DNA from: Lama guanicoe
Lineage: Eukaryota
DNA: 64,000 bases
Direction: 5' to 3'
Assembly: GCA_013239625.1 (NCBI GenBank)
Contig: MU053629.1
Location: 592,676-656,675 of the forward strand
Under the pieces are notes generated by a model. The model did no database searches, was not told the DNA's origin, and saw only the letters and a program-made list of their open reading frames with translations. The position numbers were made by a program, and so were the translations under genes. Shown in pieces: positions 1 through 13,620 of the stretch (position 1 is the first letter of the stretch; the number at the start of each line of letters is the position of its first letter).

Positions 1-631
1 CTGGTCATTTCATTCATGCTTTTTCTTTCGAGCTTTCGGACAGATCATTCTCAGGGCCCCCTTTTGAATTAAGACAGCAGTCTATTTTATGCTATGCATG
101 CAGAAGAAGAAGCAGAGAGAGGAAAAGTGGCTTCTTAACAATTATGTAGAACTTTTCTGCAAGTAGCTTCTGACTTCCACACTGGGACATACATCATTTA
201 CAAAGAGATTCCTACTCTGAGGGCAAAGTTGCCCCTTTCACTGGTCTCCCAATATGCACCCAAATTAGGAAAGCACTTAACAATGTGATTGCACGGGTCT
301 TCGTCTTGCTTCTAGTGTCACTGGTTGTGTCCACTACGTCACAGTGAATGTGGTTGTACCTCTGCCTGCTTGTGTGAGGGTTACAAACAGCATCAGAGCG
401 TTGGTGTCCCTCTTATGCTGTCTCCTGTGGTTTATGGGCCTGTGGGATGGTGCACACCTACACTGCATCAGAGATGTCCCTTCTCTTAATAGTGGGGGGT
501 AGTCAAGGTGAAGCAGTTGTGTTCACTTTCCTTATTTCTGAGGTGGTGGCATGGAGCCCCTGCCTCTTGTGGTATGTGGATCCGTACTCAGATTCCAGAT
601 TAAAACAAGCTTTTTATGCCTGGTGGCAGTT

Positions 632-1240
632 ACTTTTTCTTTTCTTTTTTTTTTCCTTTTCAGTTTTATTAGGTAGAATTATTATGGTTCTACTGCACAT
701 ATGCATTATATTGCTTGTAAATACATGTATATAGTATACTGCCCATTTTTTTTAGTTTACATATATGTACTGATTCTTGTTTCTAAGAACAGATTAGAGC
801 TTTAGCTTTTTAAACTTATATAATTATCAAAGGAATAAAGCCAACTACAAAATAAGAATCAACAGAATGCAGTAATCCAATCATAAAGGATAGTCGGATG
901 TACTTACACATATTCAAGAAATCAGTCATCTAAGTTATAAATAATAAGTAGTTCATTTGTGTCCTTATTATTGTTATTATTTTTTAGATTCCTCATATAA
1001 ATGATGTCATATGTCATTTTTCCTTCTCTTTCCAGCCCATTTCAGTTAGAGTGACAGTCTTCAGGTCTATCCACATTGCTGCAAATGGCATTATTTTCTT
1101 CTTTTTATGGCTGAGTAGTATTCCATTGTGTAAATATACCACAACTTCTTTATCCAGTCATCTGTCAGTGGACATTTAGGTTGTTTCCATGTCTTGGCTA
1201 TTGCAAATAGTGCTGCTCTGAACAATGGGGTGCATGAATT
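632..1240 (-). mobile_element. L1 3' fragment with an atypical terminal ~300 nt and poly(A) tail
   Basis: Typical L1 3' text at ~950-1240 (tttatggctgagtagtattccattgtg...gtggacatttaggttgtttccatgtcttggctattg); poly-T at 632-660; boundaries approximate. Confidence 0.7.
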
Positions 1241-1569
1241 TTCTTATGAATTTGTTTTACTTTTTAATTAGGCCAAATCTAGTGTAGGTAATGAGGCATT
1301 TTGATTCAGTGTAGATGTTTAACTGTGTATCTGACTGCACACACTGCACAGGTAAAACTTCTGAGCACATTAGTCTCCTCTTAATCAAAGCAGCAAGATC
1401 ACATTTCCCTGACTGGACGTTGGATAGTCGGAGACTATCCAAGAGTAAGATGCCTGGGCTGTCCCTGGTGACTGTGGCTGGCCCATGTTTGCCAGCCTTC
1501 ATGTTTTACCCCATCTACCTTTCACACATACTGTCATCTTTGAACAATTCAGTAAAAAAAAAAAAAAAA

Positions 1570-1716
1570 GATCACAGTGAAAAGAATGTAACAATGAATG
1601 TATGTATGTTCATGTATAACTGAAAAATTGTGCTCTACACTGGAAATTGACATAACATTGTAAACTGACTATAACTCAATAGAATAAAAGTTTAAAAAAA
1701 GAAAATGAAAAAAAAA
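1570..1716 (+). mobile_element. Short 5'-truncated artiodactyl-type L1 3' end
   Basis: tatgtatgttcatgtataactga...tgctctacactggaaattgacataacattgtaaactgactata followed by A-rich tail; related copies near 5280, 6115, 30150, 45530, 55140. Confidence 0.75.
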
Positions 1717-1834
1717 TTAATAGAAGATTGGACTTGTCACAGAGCCTGGCTGAAGTTAAAGCCAGACAGAGATTGTGGCTGTGGCCACATAGATTGTAGG
1801 TGAGGTACATAGAGGCATGTTTAATGATTACATT

Positions 1835-2492
1835 TCTTTTAATTTTTTGAAAATTGGGGAATAGTTGACCACTATTATTGTATATTTTTAGAGTATACAA
1901 CTTGACGATTTGACATACATACAGAATGATTACTCCATGACCTCACATAGTTGGGGGGGTGGTGTGGTGGCAATGCTTAAATACTCAGCAACTTTGAAGT
2001 ACTCAGTACTGTGTTATTCACTATAGATACCATGCTGTACATTAGATTCTTATTCTTCTTATAATTAAAAACTCTGTACTCTTTAATCTACATTACCCCC
2101 ATTTACTTTTCCCCCAGACCCTGGACACCACCATTCTATTTTCTGCTTCCATGAAATTGGCTTAAAAAAAAAAATCCACGCGTAAGTGATACCAGATAGC
2201 ATTTGTCATTCTCTGTCTGGCTTCTGTCACTTAGCATATTAGGCACCAGGTCCATCTGTGTTGTCACACATGGCAGGGTTTCCTTTTTTCTTACGGTGGA
2301 ATACTATTTCATGATACATACCTACCACTCATTTTCTTTACCCATTCATGCATCAAAAGATGTTTAAGTTGTTTCCATACCTTAACTGTTGTGAATAATA
2401 CTGCAGTGAACATGGGTGTGCAGGTACTCTTCAAGACACTGATTTCAGTCTCTGTGGATGCACACCAAGGAGTGGGATTGCTGGATCATATA
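1835..2492 (-). mobile_element. L1 (L1MA/MB-like) 3' fragment
   Basis: Characteristic antisense L1 3' text (ccatgctgtacattagat..., gggattgctggatcatat); boundaries approximate. Confidence 0.75.
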
Positions 2493-3242
2493 GCCGTTAC
2501 TCCGGACCGTTTTATGAGATTTTTTTTTCTCCTTTCTGCAGACCCTTTAATGATTTCTGGGGTCAGTGCTACCTTGGTGAAAGTGTTTATTTAGAATGAA
2601 AATCAGAGAGTAAAATATTTTAAGAGCCTTCAAGGATTTAAGGATTATTGAATGTCCCCCATCTGCCCTATGGATGGTGAAAACAGGTACAAGAGAGTCA
2701 GGGAAAACAATAAGGTGCAGAACCAGGAAGCTGGAAGCCAGGAAACGGCCACTTCTCCCAAGTCCAATCTGATGTGTTTTACCTATGTGACACTTTTCTT
2801 CAGGTCATTTCCAAAGAGTCCTAGGAAGGGACATTTTATCGGAGCATGAAGTATAAACAACATAATCCAAGAATCGTGGAAATTCTTTATGCTCTCCTGT
2901 GTTCAGAAGACACTTGCAGAAAGCAAACCGTGTGGTGTTGACTCAATGAGAACTTCATATGTGTGTTCTGTTGTGCCAGGTGTAGGGAAGATAACACGGA
3001 GATACTATAAATTAATTCTTCCCTGTTTTTGAGACTGCAGTCTGTCTGGCAATAAACCTATGAAATTGTTATTTTGGAAAGCCAAAATGTGGCTCTAATT
3101 TCAGCAAGATCTTACCTTTAACTATATTTTCAATAAAGGACAGTCTATTTAGGATTCCAAAATCCAAAATTGCAGTGCAGGCTTTGGGACTGTTATGATA
3201 ATTGTTTCTAGAAAGGTGGCAAGAGTATGGTGCAAGAAGTAA

Positions 3243-3328
3243 TTTTTTTTAGTGAAGGTACTGGGGATTAAACCCAGGACCTCGTGTGTGTTAAGCATGC
3301 GCTCTACCACTGAAATATACCCTCCCCT
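3243..3328 (-). mobile_element. tRNA-derived SINE (camelid Vic-1-like)
   Basis: Reverse complement ggggagggtatatttcagtggtagagcgcatgcttaac...gtcctgggtttaatccccagtacc plus A tail; A/B box-like motifs. Confidence 0.85.
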
Positions 3329-3907
3329 AAGAAGCAATGTTAATCAAAGAATTTGGCAAAATAGAAGGTAAATCTAAAGAATTAGCTCTTACAACACTGA
3401 CAACAACAACAAAACCTACTGTAAATGACTAACTTTAATCCCCTTAAAAACATGGTAGAAAACTTTAAGAAATGATCAGAGTCAAGATAGGGTAGGGGAT
3501 TAAGAGGTACAAACTGTGTAAATAAATAAGCTACAAGGGTATATTGTACAGTACAAGGAATATAGCCAGTAATTCATAGTAACTGTACATGGAGTAAAAT
3601 CTTTAAAAAATTTTAAGGTGGATATTGTAAATCAGCTTTACTTCAATTACAAAAAACCGTGATCAAGGTACAAAGCCTTCTTTGGACCTTGTTGTATCAA
3701 AGAAGATTAGATGTACCAGTAAACTTTAGATCTTAAGTCAAGTATATGTGATAAAGTTAAAGATAGCTCTTGATGGGTATAGAGTGTTCAGTCTATAATT
3801 CTTTCAACCTTCTGTGAGTTTGAGATTTTTCATAATAAAATGCAGGGAAAGATTGGTACCTAAAAGAATAGAAATAGATTGTGTAACTTTCAAACCAGAG
3901 TGTGTTT

Positions 3908-3939
<32 letters not shown>

Positions 3940-4139
3940 CAGGGAGAGGGGTTGGTGATGAAGAAGAGATGCAAAGAGCTTGGACAATACAGTAGTAGTT
4001 GTTCAGAGTGGGTTATGGAAACAAAGCCAGAAAAAGTTCAGTAAATAGAATACGTCAATTAAGATCTGACAAATACTTCTAAATAGCTTAGGCATCATAG
4101 CAAATGTAAGTAAATCAAAGTTGTAAGTTAATACAGGAC

Positions 4140-6500
4140 GAAATAATCACATATTGGAGGAATTTTTTTTTAAAGTTCAGCTCTATACTATTTCTGTAAT
4201 ACACTTAATTTAAGGACACAGGAAAGTTTAAAGTAAAGGCATAGAAAATGATGTACCAAGAAACTAGTTAAATCAAAGCCAGAGAAGCTATATATCTAAT
4301 GTCACACAGAGTAGACTGTAAGGACAAAGATGGTCATCATAAAGATAGTAGGGCTAATTTGCCAGGGTGATATATTAATTCTGAGCTTACATGCATCTAA
4401 CATGAGCTTAAAATATAAAAAGGAAAAACAGTATTACAAGGAGAGTTTCAGATATACACAATTTTAGTGGAATAATTTACCCTCAGGGAGTGATAAGTAA
4501 AACAAGATCAAATAGAAGAAAAAATGTTTTAATCGAGAGAAGATAATGAAACAGAAGTCACGGGGAGAATCAGCAAAACCCAGAACTATGTCATTGCAAA
4601 AATTAATAAAAAATGTAAATCTCTGAGAAATTTGATCAAGTAAAACAAAAGAAGGAAAAGGCAAAAATAGACATTATTGGTAATGCAAATGGGGCAGGAC
4701 TTTAGGAAAGAGATTTTAAAAATGAGAAGAGAATGAAATGAAAATTTGAAGCCAAAAAATGAGAAATCGAGATAAAAATGGGTAAGTGGAAAATCTGTAT
4801 AGATCTACAATCTTGAAAGAAATAATCTTCTGAGTTTAAAATAAACCCGTCAAAAAAAAAACAACAAAACAAAAACTAGGCCCAGGTTTTTTCAGAGAAC
4901 AGAACGAGAAAAAAAGCCCCTCCTCACCTTAACTTGGAACTAGCAGAAGATCAAGATACCAAAATTGAATATAGACCATGTGAAACTTTTAAACTGAATA
5001 CAGAGACCTTCCCGAAAGTTGGCAAAACATTAGCGTAGTCCGACATGACAAGTTTATATTATAACTGCAAATTATAATTGGTTTCTTCTGGGAATGCAAA
5101 ATTCATTTGTTCAACAAATAATTTATTGGACATCTTCTACACAGTAGGCACTAGACAGTGAGGATCCAGCAGTGAAAGGCACAGTCAAACATTCCTGCCC
5201 TCACGGAACTCGTATTGTAGTGCAGAGAGGCAGATAATAAGTAATACATACGTAGTATAACATATAATGAATAGGAATACAAAAACGAATGTATGTGTGT
5301 ATATGTATGACTGAACTGTTATGCAGTACACCAGAAACTGACACAATGTTGTAAACCGACTATACTTGAATGAAAAAAAAGTAACATGTAAGTTACACAA
5401 TAAGGAAAGAAAAAAGAAATGATTTCAGGATTAGAAAAGTGAAACTGTCATTAGTTGCAAGTCATAGGTTTATCTACACAGATAATTCACTCAGTCTATG
5501 GAGAAACTTATTAGAACTACTAAAAGAAAACACCATCTCTAGAAAAAAGATCAACACATGACAGCAGCTCATCACCACGTAGGTCCAGACAGCAGTGGTA
5601 CTCACCTGCGGGGTGTCAAGAAAATTGAGTATATTTGAGAAGATATGAAGAATATTATATGGAGGACTCACACAATTATCCCAATTTCTTACAAAGCAAT
5701 AGTAATTAAAACACTCTTTTATTGATGTAAGGTGATGTAAGAGGTTGAGGAACTTTCCTGAAGTAAAATAAAAATATTAGGCAAAAGATGTTAACAAATT
5801 AAGAGTGAAAAAAAATTTGCATGTTTGCAATGCCTACTGCCAAGAACAAATTAATATCCAGAAAGTACTTGAAATAAAATCTCATAAGAAAAAAGATCAG
5901 GATAGCAGATACACACTTTAGACAAGAGGAAATTCCACTGACTTACAAAGGTGGGGAAGAATATTCAGCCTCATAAGTAATCCAGAATGCAAAAATCAAT
6001 GAGGATATAGCATTTCATGTTTATCACATGGGCACAAATTCAAATGTACAAAGACACCAAAATACTTTACAGAGGAAACAACATTTTAGAATATGGATCT
6101 GTTGAATTTAAAAATACAAAGAGAAATATATGTATGTATATGGATGACTGGGACATTGTGCTGTACACCAGAAATTGACACATTGTAATTGACTGTACTT
6201 CAATAAAAAATTCTTTGAAAATAAAAACAAAAATACGAAGAGAAAAAGAATATATTGTTGATAGATGCAAGGAGATGTAGGCACGTGATAAAATATGTGT
6301 GGAAATTAACTTGAAGAAAGTGACTACCATTGGGGAGAGAAAGAAAGATGGTATGGGACTTCAGCTAAATCTGCAATCTCTAGTCCTTTAAAAACAGAAA
6401 GAGAAATCGCACTTGCAAAGCAAATATAACAACATGTTACCGTGTGCTTATCCTTGATGGTAGGTATATAAATTGAGGTCTAGCCTTGTCTTTATATTTC
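4140..6500 (+). mobile_element. Old degraded L1 (ORF2/3' remnants) with a nested L2 3' end (~5100-5240) and short young L1 3' ends
   Basis: A-rich L1-like text; L2 terminus cattcatttgttcaacaaataatttattg; boundaries approximate. Confidence 0.55.
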
Positions 6501-7612
6501 AGATGTTTTTCACAGTTAACGTGGCTTTTAAGAAGACAGTAGCAATATTCTGTGTGTGAGGTGATAAAAGCTTGCATTCACTGAGATGGGTTATATACCA
6601 TGTGGTAAAGGCAAGGTTAATCGGCCTTGGGGGTCAGATGAAGAGGGTCCATGACTGTGTGCTGCAGGAAGTGGGCCAGTGGTCGGGTGCAGGCAGGCAG
6701 GGAGGTCGCAGGCTGAGGAAACCTCCCTCGTCCTGTTTGCGCGTTCCTCAGAAATATTTCACTGAGAAAACACGGCGACCCAGGGTATGACTCTCTGAGG
6801 AAGAGTTCAAGGGTGGATGTGGAAAATTTTCCTCACAAACTCAAGATAATTCTCTGTCAACAAGCAGAGCTTTTTGACACAGTAGGAAGTCTTAAGTCAG
6901 TTCTTCTCTTGGCGTCTGTTCAAACACATATTCCTGCTTTGGAACTGGTCTTCTGTGTGCTTTTGTCAGAATTACTTGGCTGTAGGTTTTGTTTTCAGTC
7001 TAACCATGAAGCAAGTGTTTCAGCTTTTGTTTTTCACCAGCTCTGACTTACCTCCTATTCCTCACCACACCCCCCCCACACACACACCTCACCCCACTGA
7101 GGTTCTCTGCTGTTCACTTCTGCCCCATGCTCCCGACAGCCTGGAGGGCTCCTAGCAGTTCGGGGTAGTGATGACATTCAGTCGGGTCTTCACTGTTTCC
7201 CCCTGGCAGCAGCCTCCTAAGGCTGGTGTCTCCCCCTACTAACTACTTTCAGGCTCCAGAACTTTCAAAACAGGGACCTCTGAGTTTGCCCAGCCATGAG
7301 CTGTCTCTGAGCCTCTGGGCGATTTCCCCTCATTACACTGAAGGCTGCTGGGGATGGTGCAGGAGCACAGAAGTGCTGTGGGGCTGAGATAGGTCCTCAG
7401 ACGCTTTCCTGTGCTTCTCCCATGCTGTCTTCACTCTCCACTTCTTGCCTCCATAACCATGTCCCAACTCAACCAGTGCTTTCTTCCACCTACGTCATCA
7501 CCTCCATTAACCAGAACTTGACCAGTGCTCTAAGCCGCAGCCTCTTTCATCTTAGAGCCTGGATTTAAATCTCTTGTCTCTGACTCCAGCTTTTGAGCTT
7601 TGCAGCCCCCTG

Positions 7613-7797
7613 TGCTAGTGGTTCTGCAGCTGCAGTGTATGTCAGAATCACCTAGATGGCTTGTTAAAACACTGCTGGGACTTACACTCCAGACCCTCTT
7701 ATTCAACAGGGCTGGGGCGGAGCCTGAAAATTGGCCTGTCTGACAGGTTCCCAGGTGGCGCTGATGCTGCTGGTCCTGGGACCACACTGAGAACTTC
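7613..7797. mobile_element. MER5A-like hAT-Charlie DNA transposon fossil
   Basis: agtggttct...tcagaatcacct...cttgttaaaac...acaggttcccaggtg...gatgctgctggtcctgggaccacactgagaac. Confidence 0.8.
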
Positions 7798-9181
7798 GTG
7801 TGCCAACAAACTTGAGATGTTACTGTTAGTCGTTGATGATTCACCATAAAGGTTGGGCTCAGGAAGCCTAGGTGTTCCAGTGCCCTTTGGGTGACACTGT
7901 CCCTGTTGCACCTGCGTACCTTCCCTCCCCTTTATTTCTCCACCTGGTGCCAGATAGGCACTGAGACATTCCACTGCTGTTTGTATATTTGTATTGATGC
8001 CTTCATTCCCAAGAAATGAGGGGACAGCCACTGTTTTCAGTTCATTTGAGCAATAACACTCGTAGGTAGGAACGCTATTTCCTTTTAGGTGGAAAGACCA
8101 GCTTAGAGAGGTGGTGAGTTGCCTGTGGTCATGCAGCTACTTGGTGACAGTTCTGGGACAGAGGAGAAGCAGTTACCATTTCCCCAGATCATGGCTGCCT
8201 CCCATGCACCTGTGTACTTATTGCCGGAACAGAGAACATCTTTAGAACAGCTCTTTTGGAATTCCTTGTAGAAGCAGCTTACATTGTATCTTAAGAAAGT
8301 CAAGTTTTAAGTGAACACCTAGATTTGAATCCAGACCCTGCCCCGCCAGGTGTGTTTGTTAAACTCCTCTTCCTTCATTCATTGGTTCTGGGTGTCTCTA
8401 AAAAAACTGACTGCCGCCACTGTGGTCATTGTTACCATCATCTGAGTGTTTCTGCTATTTTACTCCTCTCTTTGTCTGAAGGGTCTCCGACACTGATCAC
8501 GTGGTTTGTCTTTTGACTAAAGGGTGACTTGGAGGGACCGGGGTGCTGAGTGGCTAAGATCATGGTCTCTGGAGCCCACAGTGGAGGCTTCAATCGTTGG
8601 CTGTGACTGAGCAACTTACTTAATGTCACTGAGCCTAATGCTCCACATGTAAGGTGGGATATTTTCTTCCAAGACCTTTTGTCAGGATTTAGTTTCTCTA
8701 TCTATGCATAGAAAACACCTGAAACAGTATTTAGTATTTGACTTTCAATAAACAGCCACCGTTAATAGGTGGAAAACCCTCTATCAACATGGTTTACTGT
8801 TGGTTGGATAATCTGAAAAATCATTAAAAAATACAGAATCTATGATATTACCTCTCTGAAATCTTATATTTAAACTTTCAACTTAGGCACTCATTTGCCA
8901 GTCTTTAGATACATGACCAAGGATTTTCCTTTGTGTGGGTCACCTGGTTGGGTGTTATGCAGACATTATCTTGTATGAATGACATCTACTAGAGAACATA
9001 AAGGCACTCGTGAAGCAATCTGAGGACAGAATATTTTTATAAATTCAAGATTTTTTTCTCTTCAGTATTTCACATGTGTCTCGCTTGTATCTCATTTAAT
9101 AGCTTTTTGTAAATATCTACGTTTAGGAAGTATTCTGCAGCTCCCCTTTGTACCATTTTAGCAGTTTGTGGGCTACATTGG

Positions 9182-9187
9182 TTTATT
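9182..9187 (-). terminator. Candidate polyadenylation signal (AATAAA) of the nested antisense gene
   Basis: tttatt on + strand, about 310 nt downstream of the TAA at 9493; a second ATTAAA lies at 9100-9095. Confidence 0.4.
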
Positions 9188-9492
9188 GCATGATCACGTG
9201 ACATGTGGCCAGCAGCAGGCTTGGGGAAGAAACACGGCCGACTTGGCCAGAGCACAGGTGCAGCTCAGGAGAGAAGGGTCTGCTGACTGCAGATCTCACG
9301 CTCTCATGGGCCGTAGGGTGTGAGGAGAAATTTGACTAGTCTGCCGTCTTAGTGACGTGGAGGGTCTGAGATGACTGCACTCAGATATTACGAGGCTGCC
9401 GAGGCTGGCAGAGGGTTTGGAGGCTGCCCTTTTAAGGTGGGACTATTTAAGGAGACAGTGGGAGGGACTTTGTTTCGCCAGAGCTTGCTTAA

Positions 9493-9722
9493 TTAGGAGA
9501 AAAGTTTCCAGTCGGGGTTGACAGTCTGACCCATTTTCTCAGAGAGGGCTGACAGATTGCGCTCGTATGCCTGCCCCAGATGCTTGAGAGCCTTCCGTAC
9601 CCGGGTTTGATAATCATAAAAGCAACTGAGCTGGAACTGCCGCACCGCCGGCTGCCAGGCAGTGATGACAGGCTGCCCGCTCCTGCCAGCCTCATGCTGA
9701 CACCGTGCACTTTGTTGATTTA
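9493..9722 (-). CDS. Putative nested antisense gene, terminal coding exon: (V)NQQSARCQHEAGRSGQPVITAWQPAVRQFQLSCFYDYQTRVRKALKHLGQAYERNLSALSEKMGQTVNPDWKLFS*
   Basis: Minus-strand acceptor ttatttttccccag|TA, 75 open codons, TAA at 9495-9493; unique, non-repeat sequence. Confidence 0.65.
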
Positions 9723-9740
9723 CTGGGGAAAAATAACACT

Positions 9741-9830
9741 CCACACACAAACATACACACAAACATGCATGCACACACACACACAAACACACGTGCACAT
9801 GCATACACACACACACATACATACATACAC
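9741..9830 (+). repeat. Imperfect (CA)n microsatellite, i.e. (UG)n on the minus-strand transcript
   Basis: Directly visible; ends ~20 nt before the minus-strand acceptor at 9722. Confidence 0.9.
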
Positions 9831-10914
9831 TTCTTATTTGAAAATACCTTTCAGTAAACCCCCCCTAGATTGACTCTTGCAACATCAAGGGTCTTGTGCA
9901 AGCTTCTGGAAGTTGTTTTCTGTACCTACTGGTCCTGTCCCCACCAAAGAATGGGAGGGTCAGTTTGCAGAGGCTGAGCCACACAGAACTTTGTCACCGT
10001 AAATGCCCAACATATTCTACCGTGGCCTGGCCACTGGGCACCGCCATCTGCTGTTCTTCCAGTAACGGTCATTGTTCTGAGGGGCTTTGGCCTGGGGCCC
10101 TTTTGGGGCGCTTTAGGTAACCTTTGCCCAGTCTCCTTTGTTGATGGCGTGGGAGCTCCTGTCCACAGGCCCCCGGCAGTGGCCCCCGTGACGCTACCTC
10201 ATTGTCATTTTAAGTGTGCTCCTAGGGGAAGCCTGAGACAGCTGTGTGCTCAGGTGGCTCCACTCTTGGTCTGGAGGTCAGAGGCTCCCTGCTCCCCACA
10301 GGTCCTTTGACCTCAGCTAAGTCACTTCACCTCTCTGTGACTCAGCTTCCTCTTCGGTGACATGAGTGCCTCCCAGTCCCCTCTCAGTCACAGGTGTGTG
10401 TCCCCGAAGTTGCTGAACAATAGTCGTAACATCTCAGGTGCTGTTTCCTGGATACCTCTTAGATCCCCTTCTGCTGACTGACTTGGGGGTCTCTTGATAA
10501 GGCCAGAGTGTTCTGCTGGCGCTCAAACCTAGATCCCTAAAATTCCAGAAAATGCACTTAAAATTTTTGTCTGCAGAGGTAGTCTGCAGGTTGACGAGAC
10601 ATCATTATTCACGTCTTAATATAGCCAGAGCCTGGGCCTGCCCCCGCCCCCTTTTTGGCTGGAGTGTTGTAAAGCAAATCCAAGACGGCATACCATTTCA
10701 CCCATAAGTACTTCAGTATGTTCTTCTGACAATTAAAAATTTTTAAATAATTTAAAACCTGCCTAACCGCAGATCCAACCTAACACTAGACAAACTTAGC
10801 AACAATTCTCTAACATCATCTAATACCCAGTCTGTGTTAGCTCCTCCCCTGCCCCTTGTTTATACTAAGTTCGTATCAACAACACCTACAGTGACTGCTG
10901 TTTCTTTTTCATAG

Positions 10915-12290
10915 AAAAAAATCTTTGAGATAGAGTTTACATACCACACCACTGACCCATTTAAAATGTATGATTCAGTGTTTTTTTTCAGTGTATTCAT
11001 AAGACTATGCAGCCATCACCCCAATCTAATTTTAGAACATTTGTGTCCCTCCTAAAATAAAGCCTGTGTCCTGCACAGTCACTCCCCGGTTCCCCCTCTC
11101 CCTTCCCCTTAGCCTTTGCAACGTCTAATCCTTTCTGCCTCTATAGATTTGCCTGTTCTGGACATTTCATTTAAATAGAATCATACAACTTGTGGTCCTT
11201 TGCGATTGGATTCCTTTCACGTAGCACTGTGTTTCCATGTTGTTGCATCATACTTCATTCCCTTTCACTGCCAAATAATGTTGCACTGTATGACTAAACT
11301 ACGTCTTATTCATCCATTCATCACTTGATGGACATTTGAGTTGCTTCTATCTTTCGACTATTATGAATACTACTGCTGCGTACGTTCACGTACGAGTGTT
11401 TACGTGGACAGAGGTTTTCACTTTTCCTTGACGTATGCCTGGGAGTAGAACTGCTGTTGAACATTTTCAGGAACTACCGAATTGTCATCCACCACAGCTG
11501 CGCCTCCTTGCATTCCCACCGGCAGTGTGTGGAGGGCAGTCCCCCCGCTGGTGAGGACCAGCACCCCGTGTTGCCTGTCCTTTGTGTTGTAGCAGCCCAG
11601 TGGATGGGCAGTGGTATCTGTCGTACTGCGGTTTTTCTTTGTTTCCCTGATGGCTGTTTGGGAACACTTTCAAGCGCTTTTGGCTATTTTTATATCTTCT
11701 TTGGAGAAATGTCTATTCAGATCCTATGACCATTTTTTAATTGTGTATTTTAGTATCTTTCATTGTGAGAGATTTTATATGTTCTGGATACAGGTCCCTT
11801 ATCAGATACATAATTTGCAAATATTTTCTCCCATTCTGTGGATTACCTCTTCACTTTCTTAATGGTTTCATTTGTAGTTCAAGCTGTTTTATTTTGCTAT
11901 AGTCCAACTTATTTTTCCTTTTGCTGCATGTGCTTTTGTGTCTTAAAACTCTTTGCCTGACCCAAGGTCATACAAATTTACTCCTACGTTTTCTTCGAAA
12001 AGTATTAAGGTTTTAGCTCTTCCATTTAGGTCTGGATCCATTTTGAGTTAATTTGTATGTTTGGTGTGAGGTTGGAGGTCCAACTTCATTGTTTTGCATG
12101 TGCGTATCCAGTTGTCTCAGCACCATTTGTTAAAAAAGACTCTTTTCCCACTGAAGTTTCTCCCCACCCTTGTTGAAAATCAGTTTTCTGTAAAGGTAAG
12201 GGTTAATTTCTGGACTCTCAGTTCTATTCCATTGACCTCCATGTCTAGTCTTATGGCAGTAGGACACCATCTTTGTTGCCGTAGCTGTGT
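10915..12290 (-). mobile_element. L1MB-like LINE 3' portion
   Basis: ttctttggagaaatgtctattcagatcc, tccagttgtctcagcaccatttgttaaaaaagac and other antisense L1 ORF2/3'UTR hallmarks; boundaries approximate. Confidence 0.8.
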
Positions 12291-13583
12291 GATAAATATG
12301 TTTCTTAAAACTTTTTAAATCTGTTTGTGTGTCCTCTTGTTCACCTCCACCATCAAGCCATTTATTTGTGAAGAAGCTGGGTTATTTTTATAGAATTTAC
12401 CATGTTGGGATTTGGCTCATTGTATCCTGGTAGTGTCACTTACCATGTTCCTCCAGCTCTCTTTTTGTGAACTAATATTTATATCTAGAGACTTAATGAA
12501 ATTCCTGTTCAATTATGTATTTACTTATTTTTAAATTTATTTCCAAGAGTACTTCCTAGGTCGTACTGTATACTTCCTATTATATTAGTCAGAAGGTGTA
12601 TGTTGTGTGGTTACCCCACTTTCATTAATACTAAAATTGATCAGTGGGTTTAAATCAGACTGATCCATCTCTTACAAAGTTCCCCATTAACTTGTCACTT
12701 ACTGGTTTTAGCATCACTCATGCTTGTTTTGATCTATTGACTATTTCATTAAGAATTGTAAAATGATGATTTTGGACTTGTATTATTCCTTCTGCATTTA
12801 TTAGCTTTGTTTCTTTATCAGTTTCAGTATGAGTTGGTGCCCTAGCAGCCTCTTAAGGTGACCGATAATTATTTCAAAGAATCTTTATTGTATCTTATAT
12901 ATAGATTGAATTTTATATCTCTGTGTTTTTACCCATTGCAGTCATCATTTTTTCTGATGCTCAAATTGCCCCTCACATGAAATTAATTATGTATGATATC
13001 TGCAATTTGCTTCAAAATAATCCAGGAGAGGGGATGTGGGTGAGGGGGCACATGAGTCATGAACGGCCATGAGTTACAATTGTTCAAGCTGGGCGGTGGG
13101 TTCATTATACTGTTCTCTCTTCTTCTGTATGAGGTTTAAAAGATCACCACATATTTGGCCGTTGGTTATCCCTTGATGTCATTTTCATCCCTGTTCCCTT
13201 CTCTCTGCTTTTTCCTTCTTTCCAGGGAGAGTCATTCTTGTTAGTACTACATTTATCCTTCTGTTGTTCTAGAAATACATATTAACAATACAAAATGGAT
13301 ATTTCCCTCCATTTATCACAAAGGATAGCGCACTCTACACTCTTGGGTGCTTTGCTTTGTCGTTTTACAATATATGTCAGATGTTCTTTCTTCTTTAACT
13401 ATGTCAGATTGACCCTTTTTATCAGCCTGGTTTTTTATATTTGGGTCCTATTTAAGTGCACTGTGGGATGTGGCTCTTATTAATTAGACCATAAAATACT
13501 GAGAGTTTGTGACTTCACTGTGAGTTTTTTACAAAAAGCCTCTTTTCTTTCCATCTCATCATAGTGTGTGAGAAATGCCTTAC

Positions 13584-13620
13584 CTTTTTTGATTCTCTCT
13601 CTCTCAGTCTGAAGGAATTC
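13584..13620 (-). CDS. Putative nested antisense gene, 37-nt exon: EFLQTERERIKK(V)
   Basis: cttaatgtattctttgggcag|GAA...AAAG|gtaagg; phase 0 to 1, matching both neighbouring exons; overlaps TLN2 exon at 13608-13620. Confidence 0.55.

Noticed and set aside
9580..9873. 97-aa plus-strand ORF (MLESLPYPG...) and 107-aa plus-strand ORF at 15408-15731
   Set aside because: Better explained as shadows of the minus-strand exons; the first runs into a CA repeat.
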